A stretch of DNA of 64,000 nucleotides from an uncultured Novosphingobium sp. (GTDB lineage Bacteria; Pseudomonadota; Alphaproteobacteria; Sphingomonadales; Sphingomonadaceae): contig CAZRVW010000001.1 of NCBI GenBank assembly GCA_964603645.1, positions 12,201 to 76,200 on the forward strand, given 5' to 3'. Each line of letters starts with the position of its first letter. The first letter of the stretch is position 1. This document shows, piece by piece, positions 1-8,584 of this stretch. The translations under genes were made by a program, and so were the position numbers. The notes under the pieces were generated by a model. It was not told the DNA's origin. It saw only the letters and a list, made by a program, of their open reading frames with translations, and did not search any database.

Positions 1-1
1 G

Positions 2-826
2 GTCGAACTGATCGAGAAGGTCCGGCTCAACGGTCAGGCGGACATGTTCGACGAAGTGACCGAGCAATTGCCGGTGCTGATCTTCATCGACCTGATGGGG
101 CTGAAGCGTTCGGACTATCGGTTCTATCGCGCGCTCGCCAAGGCGGCGGTCGCCTCGCAGGATCGCGACGAGCGCTACGATGCAATGCTTGCGGCCTACC
201 AGCTACTCAAGGGCGAGATCGAGGAACGGCGGGAGAACCCACGCGAAGACCTGATCTCGCGGCTGCTGGAGCTGGAAGTCGAAGGCAAGCCGATCACCGA
301 CGAGCTGGCGCTGGCCTATCTCGAACTGCTGTTCATCGCAGGGCTCGACACCGTCGCCAACGCCATGACTTTCGCGGTGCGCTATCTCGCCATGGACCAG
401 GAGCTGCAACAGCGGCTGCGTGACGAGCCTGAGAAGATCCCGCATGCCATGGAGGAGCTGCTGCGCCGCCATGCTGTCGCCCCGGTGATGCGCACAGTGA
501 CGCACGATTTCGAATGGCGCGGTTTCAATTTCCGTGCATGCGATCCGGTGCTGCTCAACTATTCCGCCGCCAATCTCGACGAACGCATGTTCGAACACGG
601 GCGCGAGGTCGATATCGACCGCGAACGGATCAACCATGTCGCTTTCGGCGCGGGCCATCACCGCTGTCTGGGCCGGAATCTGGCGCGGATCGAGATCGTG
701 ATCTTCTTCGAGGAATTGCTCAGCCGCCTGCCGACCTTCCGCCTCGCTCCGGGCGAGGACATTCCAATGATGGGCGGCAGTGTAATGTCGATCACCCGCC
801 TGCCGATCGTCTGGCAGACGGACTGA
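2..826 (+). CDS. Cytochrome P450, CYP101-like (5' truncated by window edge)
   Basis: Frame open from position 2 (VELIEKVRLNGQADMFDEV...), aligning with the two downstream paralogs; I-helix AGLDTV, ExxR (EELLRR), heme motif FGAGHHRCLG. Confidence 0.95.
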   Translation, partial: VELIEKVRLNGQADMFDEVTEQLPVLIFIDLMGLKRSDYRFYRALAKAAVASQDRDERYDAMLAAYQLLKGEIEERRENPREDLISRLLELEVEGKPITDELALAYLELLFIAGLDTVANAMTFAVRYLAMDQELQQRLRDEPEKIPHAMEELLRRHAVAPVMRTVTHDFEWRGFNFRACDPVLLNYSAANLDERMFEHGREVDIDRERINHVAFGAGHHRCLGRNLARIEIVIFFEELLSRLPTFRLAPGEDIPMMGGSVMSITRLPIVWQTD

Positions 827-842
827 GACGAGGGGAACGATC

Positions 843-2066
843 ATGGCGACGCTGGCAGACACACCCCCGCCCAAGGGCATCGATCCGGCGTTGGTCATCG
901 ACTACGATTTCTACGACGATCCGCTCTACTCCAGCGCCGGCGGCATTCCCGAAGCCATGGTCGAGCTGCGCGATATGGCGCCCGACGCTTTCTGGTCGAC
1001 GGCGCTGGGCGGCTATTGGGTGATCCAGGGCTTCGAGGCGATAGTCGATGCCGCCAAGCGCACCGACCTGTTCTCCAGCGTCAAGATGGGTATCCCGCCG
1101 CGCCCCGAAGACGCACTGATGACCCAGTCCGCGCCGCTCAACTACGATCCGCCCGATCACGCGGCCCTGCGCGCACCGCTCAACAAGGTGTTCACGCCAT
1201 CGCAGATGTACCGGCGGGTCGACCAGATCCGCGATCTGGCCATCGAATTGGTCGACGCTATTGCGCCCCTCGGCAAGGCCGACTTTTTTGAGACGGTGAC
1301 CGAGAAGATGCCGGTGCTGATATTCATCGACCTGATGGGTCTGGATCGCGCCGACTTCCGGACCTACCGCAATATCGCCACGGCAGGGATCAGCTCGACC
1401 GACATGCAGGAGCGGATCGATGCGGGCCGCGACGCCCGCCGTCTTGTCACCGAATGCATCCGCGAACGGCGCGTCAATCCGAAGGACGACCTCGTCACTT
1501 ATATCACCCAGATGGAAGTGAACGGCGAGCCGGTCGATGACGATTTGGCGCTGTCCTATTGCATCCTCCTGTTTTTCGCAGGGCTGGATACGGTCGCCAA
1601 CGCCATGGCTTTCTGCATGCGCTACCTGGCGATGGACCAGAAATTGCAGCAGCGCCTGCGCGAGGAGCCCGAAAAGATTCCGCACGCGATGGAGGAGCTG
1701 CTGCGCCGCCATGCCGTCGCCCCCGTCCAGCGCACGGTAATGAAGGACGAATGCTGGCGCGGCTTCAACCTGCGTAAGGGCGACATGGCGCTGCTCAATT
1801 ATGCCGCCGCCAACATCGATGAGCGCGCGTTCGACCATGCCGACACGGTCGACATCGACCGCGAGCGGATCAATCACATCGCCTTCGGCGCGGGTGTCCA
1901 TCGCTGCGCCGGCAGGCATCTCGCACGCATCGAGATCGTCGTACTGCTCGAGGAAGTGCTCAAGCGTCTGGGCACGTTCCGGCTCGATCCGGAAAGGGAC
2001 GTCACGATGCGCGGGGGAGCTGTCCTGTCGATCGGCCAATTGCCGCTGGTCTGGGACACGATCTGA
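843..2066 (+). CDS. Cytochrome P450, CYP101 (P450cam)-like
   Basis: 407 aa; RBS GAGGGG; N-terminal IDPALVIDYDFY and WSTALGGYW resemble CYP101; AGLDTV, EELLRR, FGAGVHRCAG. Confidence 0.95.
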   Translation: MATLADTPPPKGIDPALVIDYDFYDDPLYSSAGGIPEAMVELRDMAPDAFWSTALGGYWVIQGFEAIVDAAKRTDLFSSVKMGIPPRPEDALMTQSAPLNYDPPDHAALRAPLNKVFTPSQMYRRVDQIRDLAIELVDAIAPLGKADFFETVTEKMPVLIFIDLMGLDRADFRTYRNIATAGISSTDMQERIDAGRDARRLVTECIRERRVNPKDDLVTYITQMEVNGEPVDDDLALSYCILLFFAGLDTVANAMAFCMRYLAMDQKLQQRLREEPEKIPHAMEELLRRHAVAPVQRTVMKDECWRGFNLRKGDMALLNYAAANIDERAFDHADTVDIDRERINHIAFGAGVHRCAGRHLARIEIVVLLEEVLKRLGTFRLDPERDVTMRGGAVLSIGQLPLVWDTI

Positions 2067-2084
2067 AACGGCAGGGAGTCGGTC

Positions 2085-3320
2085 ATGGCAACACTGGCAG
2101 ATAGCAAGAGCTTTCGCGGGATCGATCCGGCGCTGATGATCGATTTCGATTACTATTCGGACCGGCGCTATCGCGAACAGGGCGGCATTCCCCAAGCGAT
2201 GGCCACGCTGCGCGACGAGGCGCCGGACCTGTTCTGGAGCACCGCGCTTGGCGGCTACTGGGTCGTGCAGGGCCATGAAGCGATCGTCGATGCGGCTGTC
2301 CGCACCGACCTGTTTTCCAGCGGCTACATGCGTATCCCGGCCAGGCCCGATCTGCCCGAGCCGCCGCTCAACGTTCCGCTCCAGCTCGATCCGCCCAACC
2401 ATGCCGCCTATCGCGCGCCGCTCAATGCGGTGTTCACGCCCAGTCAGATGTACAAGCGCGTCGACCAGATTCGCGCGCTCGCTGTCGAACTGATCGAGGC
2501 CATCGCGCCGCTCGGTGAAGCGGACTTCTTCGACACCGTCGCCGAGAAGCTGCCGGTGCTGATCTTCATCGACATCATGGGGCTCGAACGCGCGCATTTC
2601 CGCGAATACCGCGACATGGCAAAGGCGGCGGCGAGCGAGCCGGATCAGGAAATCAGGCTCAAGGCTGTTCAGGCCGGGTCGGACTTGCTGGCCCAGGTGA
2701 TTGCCGAGCGTCGCGCCAATCCGCGCGACGACCTCATCTCCTACCTGCTCGATCTCGAAATCGAAGGTGAGCTGGTCAGCGACGACAGGGTGCTCGGTTA
2801 TTGCAAGCTGCTGTTCTTCGCCGGACTCGACACCGTCGCCAATGCGATGTCGTTCATCGTCCACTACCTCGCGAAGGATCAGGAGCTTCAGGCGAGACTG
2901 CGCCGCGAGCCGGAAAAGATTCCCCATGCCATGGAGGAAATGATCCGCCGCCATGCCGTCGCGCCGGTGGTGCGCATCATTGCCAAGGACGAAGACTGGC
3001 GCGGCATGCCGCTGCGCAAGGGCGACATGGCGCTGCTCAACTACCCGGTGGCCAATATCGACCCGCGCGTGTTCGACCATCCCGACACGGTCGATATCGA
3101 CCGCGAGCGTATCAATCACATTGCCTTCGGCTCGGGGCCGCACCGCTGCCTCGGGCGGCATCTCGCGCGCATCGAGATCGTGGCCATGCTCGAGGAATTG
3201 CTGAGCCGCCTGCCCACGTTTAGGCTCGCGCCTGACGCTAAGGTGCCGATGCGCGGCGGCGGCGTGCTGACCATCGAATCGCTGCCACTGGTTTGGGCAG
3301 CTGGCCAACCCGCCCTTTGA
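2085..3320 (+). CDS. Cytochrome P450, CYP101 (P450cam)-like
   Basis: 411 aa; RBS AGGGAG; AGLDTV, EEMIRR, FGSGPHRCLG; close paralog of 843..2066. Confidence 0.95.
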   Translation: MATLADSKSFRGIDPALMIDFDYYSDRRYREQGGIPQAMATLRDEAPDLFWSTALGGYWVVQGHEAIVDAAVRTDLFSSGYMRIPARPDLPEPPLNVPLQLDPPNHAAYRAPLNAVFTPSQMYKRVDQIRALAVELIEAIAPLGEADFFDTVAEKLPVLIFIDIMGLERAHFREYRDMAKAAASEPDQEIRLKAVQAGSDLLAQVIAERRANPRDDLISYLLDLEIEGELVSDDRVLGYCKLLFFAGLDTVANAMSFIVHYLAKDQELQARLRREPEKIPHAMEEMIRRHAVAPVVRIIAKDEDWRGMPLRKGDMALLNYPVANIDPRVFDHPDTVDIDRERINHIAFGSGPHRCLGRHLARIEIVAMLEELLSRLPTFRLAPDAKVPMRGGGVLTIESLPLVWAAGQPAL

Positions 3321-3428
3321 GACAGGATATCTCATAACTTCTTGACCATTATGAGCGAATCAAGGAAATCTGGCGGATGGCAGCGAGTAGCCACGCCCCA
3401 AGACGCATCGGCCAATCCTGAGAGACGC

Positions 3429-4247
3429 ATGACCAATCTCGTCATCCGCAAGATCCCCTTCGATTTCGAAGGAGTCGAATCTATCTGGAATCCTGCCAAT
3501 CCCGCTTTCGCGGTGATGATGAACGCCATCACCTTCCAGGCGATCGCCTTCGAGAAGTATATCTGCAAGGCGATGAACGCGGCCGAGAAAATCTCGCGCA
3601 AGCCACACATCACCGAAGAAATCCGCGCCTTCAACGCGCAGGAAATGGTTCACAGCCAAGCCCATCGCAAGCACGCCAAAGTGCTCGTCGAGAAGCACCC
3701 CGGACTTCAGGACGCTCTCGACTACTGCGACGCCGAATATGAAAAACTCTATGAAGAGCGCGATCTCAGGTATCACCTGTCATACTGCGCCAATATCGAG
3801 GCGACCTTCACGCCACTGTTCGGCAATATCATTGAGCATCGCGGCGTGCTGTTCGCCGGGGGCGATCCGCGAATTTCCTCGCTATTCCTGTGGCATTTCG
3901 TCGAGGAAATGGAGCACCGCGCATCCGCCCACATCATCTATAATGATATCGTGCGCATTCCCTTCACCCGGTTCTTCAGGCTGCGCAGTGTTTTCGGCCA
4001 CACCAGGATGCTGGCAGAGAAGATCTACGAAGTGTTCCACGAGAATGTGCCCGGATCGCGCACCTACGGACTTGGCGACGGCGTGGAGGCGATACCACCC
4101 GCCGCGCTCAAGAAGATGCGCAACGGCATACTCGCATCGCAGATGCCATGGCACCGGCCCGGCAGCGCCAGGGTTCCCGAATATTTCGAGGAATGGATGG
4201 CTCGCTATCGCGCTGGAGAAGACATGCGCTTTGCCTATTCAACCTGA
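3429..4247 (+). CDS. Predicted metal-dependent hydrolase family (PF10118-like), ferritin-like diiron motifs
   Basis: Start moved to ATG 3429 (GAGAG upstream); IRKIPFDF...WNP N-terminus; E, QEMVH, E, EEMEH pattern. Confidence 0.75.
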   Translation: MTNLVIRKIPFDFEGVESIWNPANPAFAVMMNAITFQAIAFEKYICKAMNAAEKISRKPHITEEIRAFNAQEMVHSQAHRKHAKVLVEKHPGLQDALDYCDAEYEKLYEERDLRYHLSYCANIEATFTPLFGNIIEHRGVLFAGGDPRISSLFLWHFVEEMEHRASAHIIYNDIVRIPFTRFFRLRSVFGHTRMLAEKIYEVFHENVPGSRTYGLGDGVEAIPPAALKKMRNGILASQMPWHRPGSARVPEYFEEWMARYRAGEDMRFAYST

Positions 4248-4283
4248 CGTAACGCCAATCCAACAAGTCAATTACCGGAGAGA

Positions 4284-5429
4284 ATGATGGCCCTGGAAGC
4301 CCGCCCCTTCACCGTAGACATCCCGCAGCAGGCGCTCGACGATCTCGTCACGCGAATCGATCTGACCCGCTGGCCGGAGAAGGAAACGGTCGGCGGCTGG
4401 GAACAGGGCGTGCCGCTCGCCGAAGCGCGGCGAGTGGTCGATCACTGGCGCAATAAGTATGATTGGCGGCGCTGCGAGGCGCAGCTCAACGCGCACGACA
4501 ATTTCCTCGCCGAGATCGACGGGCTCGACATTCACTTCATGCACATCCGCTCGAAGCACGAAAACGCCCTGCCGATGGTGCTCACCCACGGCTGGCCGGG
4601 TTCGGTGGTCGAATTTCTCAAGGTCATCGATCCGCTCACGAATCCCGAAGCGCACGGCGGGAGCGCCAATGATGCCTTCCACCTCGTGATCCCATCGCTG
4701 CCGGGATACGGCTTTTCCGGCAAGCCGACCGCGACCGGTTGGACCGTGCAGCGTACGGCCGACGCTTGGGACGCGATGATGAAGGGCCTAGGCTACGACA
4801 AATACATCGCCCAGGGCGGCGACTGGGGCTCTGCCGTCACTTCGGCCATGGCCATACAGAATCCGCAAAGCCTGCTGGCGATTCACCTCAACATGATCAT
4901 TGCCCCGGCCAGCCCCGAACAGGCCGCCGATCCCACCCCGTACGAGAAGGAATTGATGGAGCGCATCGGCCTCTGGTCGCAGCAGGGACGCGGCTATTCC
5001 GAAGTGCAGAGCACCAAGCCGCAGACGCTCGCCTATTCGCTGGTCGATTCACCGGTCGGGCAAGCGATGTGGATCTACGAGAAATTCCACGGCTGGACCG
5101 ATCATGGCGACCGCAGCCCCGCCGATGCGTTCGATCTGGACGAGATTCTCGATAACATCATGGTCTACTGGCTCACCGCCAGTGGCGGCTCTTCGGCGCG
5201 GCTTTATTGGGAAAGCCTCGGTAACTGGCCACAGGGCAAGTCAGATGTGCCGCTGGCGGTCAGCAATTTTCCCCACGAAATCATGCCGGGAGTGCGGCGC
5301 TGGGCCGAAAACCGCTATTCGAACATCGTCCATTGGGCAGACCTCGAAAAGGGCGGGCATTTCGCCGCGTTCGAACAGCCTGCGCTGTTTGTTTCCGAAA
5401 TGCGCAAAGCCTTTGCCAGCCTGCGCTGA
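4284..5429 (+). CDS. Epoxide hydrolase (microsomal/EHN type)
   Basis: RPFTVDIP N-terminal domain, HGWP oxyanion motif, GGDWG nucleophile Asp, GGHFAAFEQP catalytic His; RBS GGAG. Confidence 0.92.
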   Translation: MMALEARPFTVDIPQQALDDLVTRIDLTRWPEKETVGGWEQGVPLAEARRVVDHWRNKYDWRRCEAQLNAHDNFLAEIDGLDIHFMHIRSKHENALPMVLTHGWPGSVVEFLKVIDPLTNPEAHGGSANDAFHLVIPSLPGYGFSGKPTATGWTVQRTADAWDAMMKGLGYDKYIAQGGDWGSAVTSAMAIQNPQSLLAIHLNMIIAPASPEQAADPTPYEKELMERIGLWSQQGRGYSEVQSTKPQTLAYSLVDSPVGQAMWIYEKFHGWTDHGDRSPADAFDLDEILDNIMVYWLTASGGSSARLYWESLGNWPQGKSDVPLAVSNFPHEIMPGVRRWAENRYSNIVHWADLEKGGHFAAFEQPALFVSEMRKAFASLR

Positions 5430-5504
5430 GCGCACGCTCCATTATTGATACAGGGTCGCTCATTTGCTATGGCGACGCCGACCGATTTGCGGGAGAGACA
5501 TTGC

Positions 5505-7271
5505 ATGTTCGATACGATCATCAGGGGCGGCAAGATCGCCGACGGAACCGGCGATGCCAGCTACAACGCCGATATTGCCATCAAGGACGGCGTAATCGCC
5601 GAAATCGGCAATGTTTCGGGCACCGCCACCAGTGAGATCGATGCCGACGGCGCGCTCGTCACGCCCGGCTTCATCGACCTGCACACCCACTATGACGGCC
5701 AGTTCGTCTGGGACGACACCATCGATCCCAGCTTCTCGCACGGCGTCACCACCGCGATCGGCGGCAACTGCGGTGTCGGCTTCGCGCCAGTCGAAGCGGA
5801 ATTCCGCCGCCCGCTCGTCGAAATGATGGAAGGCGTCGAAGAAATCCCCGGAATCGTCATCGACGAAGGACTCGACTGGAAGTGGACGAGCTTCGGCGAC
5901 TACCTCGACCGTCTCGACCAGAACAAGTACACGATGGACGTCGCGTCGCACATCACCCACGCGCCGCTGCGCGTCTTTGCCATGGGTGAACGCGCCATCA
6001 ACCACGAGAAGGCCACGCCCGAGGATATCGAGACCATGGCTCGACTCGTACGCGAGGCAATGGATGCCGGCGCGATGGGCTTTTCCAGCGGTCGTCTGCT
6101 CGAACACCTGTCCAGCATCGGCGACCATGTCCCCGGCACTTTCGCCAACGATGACGAACTGCTCGCCATCGCCAGCGCCATGGGTTCTTCGGGCCACGGT
6201 GTGTTCCAGATGATCCCCAAGGGCGCGATCGGCAACATCATCGACCAGGACGACATGACCAACAACCGGGTGGCCGAAATGGAGCGCCTGGTGCGGCTGA
6301 CCCGTGCGGCGGGTCGCCCTTCGACCTACACCGTCATTGAGTTTTCCGACGAGCCGGAAAACCGCAAATTCCTCGTCAGCGAAACCGACCGCGTGCTCAA
6401 GGAAAACCCCTCGCTCGAAATGCACCCGCAGTGTGCCTCGCGCGGCGTCGGCTCGATCATGATGCTCGATTCGCATCACCCCTTCAAATTCAAGCCTGCC
6501 TACCTCGAAATCGCGGACCTTCCGGCTGCCCAGCGCGCCGAGGCGATGCGCGATCCGGCGCGCCGCGCGGCCATTCTCTCGCAGGAAGATGCGCCGCCTG
6601 CAGGTAGCGATCCGATGATCGTGCGCATGGTTTCGCGCATGCCGATGACAGCGCCGAGGTTCGCCGTGATCGGCGACCACGTGGACTATGAACCGCTTCC
6701 CGAGCAGACGGTGGGGGCGCTGGCGAGCAGGACCAACATGACTCCGCTCGAATATCTCTACGATCACATCACCGCCGGCGACGGCACCAATGCGGCAATC
6801 TCATTCTTCCTCAACTACAACGAGGGCAACCTCGACGAGACCTACGAGATAATGAAGAACCCCAATGTCATTTCCGGCCTTGGCGACGGCGGCGCGCACG
6901 TCAGGCTGATTTGCGATGCCTCGCAGACCACCTTCCAGCTCGCCTTCTGGACCCGTGATCGTACGCGCGGTCCGAAGCTGCCGCTCGAATATGTCGTCCG
7001 CAAGATGACGCATGACAGCGCACGGCTTTACGGAATGAACGATCGCGGCCTGCTGCAGGTCGGCAAGCGCGCCGACATCAACGTGATCGACTATGACAAC
7101 CTCCAGCTCGGCGTGCCTTCGATGAAATTCGACCTGCCGAGCGGCGCGCCGCGCATCCACCAGCCCTCGACCGGCTATCTGGCGACCATGGTGAATGGCG
7201 AGGTCACCCGCCGCAACGATGCGGACACCGGTGCACGTCCGGGCCGCCTCTATCGCAGCCGTCCGAACTGA
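5505..7271 (+). CDS. N-acyl-D-amino-acid deacylase family amidohydrolase
   Basis: Start ATG 5505 after GGGAGAG; IIRGGKIADGTG, PGFIDLHTHYD, GNCGVGFAP, GKRADINVID. Confidence 0.85.
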   Translation: MFDTIIRGGKIADGTGDASYNADIAIKDGVIAEIGNVSGTATSEIDADGALVTPGFIDLHTHYDGQFVWDDTIDPSFSHGVTTAIGGNCGVGFAPVEAEFRRPLVEMMEGVEEIPGIVIDEGLDWKWTSFGDYLDRLDQNKYTMDVASHITHAPLRVFAMGERAINHEKATPEDIETMARLVREAMDAGAMGFSSGRLLEHLSSIGDHVPGTFANDDELLAIASAMGSSGHGVFQMIPKGAIGNIIDQDDMTNNRVAEMERLVRLTRAAGRPSTYTVIEFSDEPENRKFLVSETDRVLKENPSLEMHPQCASRGVGSIMMLDSHHPFKFKPAYLEIADLPAAQRAEAMRDPARRAAILSQEDAPPAGSDPMIVRMVSRMPMTAPRFAVIGDHVDYEPLPEQTVGALASRTNMTPLEYLYDHITAGDGTNAAISFFLNYNEGNLDETYEIMKNPNVISGLGDGGAHVRLICDASQTTFQLAFWTRDRTRGPKLPLEYVVRKMTHDSARLYGMNDRGLLQVGKRADINVIDYDNLQLGVPSMKFDLPSGAPRIHQPSTGYLATMVNGEVTRRNDADTGARPGRLYRSRPN

Positions 7272-7290
7272 TCCTGATTAGGTCTGTGGC

Positions 7291-7322
7291 GCGGCCAGTC
7301 TGCTAATCGGCAGGCTGGCCGT
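7291..7322. terminator. Stem-loop between convergent genes, probable terminator
   Basis: GCGGCCAGTCTGC-TAATCG-GCAGGCTGGCCGT, 13-bp stem including two G-U pairs; weak U-tract. Confidence 0.55.
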
Positions 7323-7355
7323 TGCTATTGGAGCTTCTCGGAAAAGCAGGGCAGC

Positions 7356-8567
7356 TCAAGCCGCGCGCTCGAAAATCGCGGCTATGCCCTGCCCGCCGCC
7401 GATGCACATCGTCTCCAGCGCATAGCGGCCTTGCGTGCGCTCAAGCTCATAAAGCATCGTGGCGAGGATGCGCCCGCCGGTCGCCCCGATCGGATGGCCC
7501 AGCGAAATACCCGAGCCGTTTGGATTGAGGATGTCGTGGCGCGAATCGTCCTCGCTCCAGCCCCAGCCCTTGAGCACGCCGAGCACTTGCGGCGCGAAGG
7601 CCTCGTTGAGCTCGATGAGGTCGATATCGTTCCAGCCCATGCCGGTGCGCGCGAACAGCCGCTCGACCGCCGGGACCGGGCCAATGCCCATGCGCGAAGG
7701 CTCGCAGCCTGCCGCCGCCCACGAGTGGAACCAGCCCATCGGCGTAAGGCCGAGCTCTTCCAGCTTGTCTTCGGCCACGACGAGGCAGGCCGCCGCCGCA
7801 TCGCTCTGCTGGCTGGCATTGCCGGCCGTGACCACGCCGCCTTCTTCCATGACCTTGAGCTTGCCCAGTGACTCGGGTGTGGAATCGCCGCGAACGCCTT
7901 CATCTTCGGCAAACACCACCGGATCGCCCTTGCGCTGGGGAATCTCGATAGGGACCATTTCCTTGTCGAACTTGCCATCCTTCCACGCCGCCGCGGCGCG
8001 CTGCTGGCTGCGCGCGGCATAGACGTCGCATTCCTCGCGAGTGATACCGTGATCGCGCGCAACGTTGTCCGCCGTCTCGATCATGCCGGTGATGACGCCG
8101 AAGCGCTCTATCGGCTGGGACATCACACGGCCGCGCGCCAGCCGGTCGAACAGTTCGATGTGGCCTGCCTTCACGCCGGTCCGGCCCTTGATCGTGTAAT
8201 GCTCGACCTGGCTCATCGATTCGCAGCCGCCGGCGATCACCACGTCGGCGGCGCCGGTCTGGATCATCATCGCCGCATCGACGACGGCCTGCAGGCCGGA
8301 GCCGCAGCGACGATCAAGCTGATAACCGGGCACGCTGACCGGCAGGCCCGCCGCCAGCGCGGACCAGCGCCCGATCGCCGGGGCCTCGCCATTGCCGTAG
8401 CCCTGCGAGAACACGACATCGTCGATCCGCTCCGGGTCGACACCGCTGCGTTCGACCAGCGCGCGGATGATGATCGCGCCAAGCTCGCCTGCGGGAATCC
8501 CCGCCAGCTTGCCGAGAAACTTGCCCACGCCGGTGCGGACGGGGCTGACGATGGCGGCTCTACGCAT
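7356..8567 (-). CDS. Acetyl-CoA C-acyltransferase (thiolase)
   Basis: RRCGSG catalytic Cys, NEAF, GHPIGATG, CIGGGQG. Confidence 0.95.
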   Translation of the reverse strand: MRRAAIVSPVRTGVGKFLGKLAGIPAGELGAIIIRALVERSGVDPERIDDVVFSQGYGNGEAPAIGRWSALAAGLPVSVPGYQLDRRCGSGLQAVVDAAMMIQTGAADVVIAGGCESMSQVEHYTIKGRTGVKAGHIELFDRLARGRVMSQPIERFGVITGMIETADNVARDHGITREECDVYAARSQQRAAAAWKDGKFDKEMVPIEIPQRKGDPVVFAEDEGVRGDSTPESLGKLKVMEEGGVVTAGNASQQSDAAAACLVVAEDKLEELGLTPMGWFHSWAAAGCEPSRMGIGPVPAVERLFARTGMGWNDIDLIELNEAFAPQVLGVLKGWGWSEDDSRHDILNPNGSGISLGHPIGATGGRILATMLYELERTQGRYALETMCIGGGQGIAAIFERAA

Positions 8568-8584
8568 GGTTAATCCTTGATTCT

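Noticed and set aside
529-549. FRACDP in the first P450 where the paralogs have LRKGDM
   Set aside because: Frame and all key motifs remain intact; not enough to call a pseudogene or sequencing error
2064-2087. P450 genes 2 and 3 are in the same frame, separated by one TGA, suggesting readthrough fusion
   Set aside because: Gene 3 has its own strong RBS (AGGGAG), and same-frame spacing has a one-in-three chance
792-3335. 847-aa antisense ORF across the P450 genes, and the many other long overlapping ORFs in the track
   Set aside because: Shadow frames expected from GC-rich codon bias opposite clear genes; no recognisable motifs or RBS
3322-5465. ACAGG-N4-CTCAT at 3322 and 5450, loosely resembling motif 1
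   Set aside because: Only about half of the positions match the consensus; cannot be separated from chance without a PWM scan
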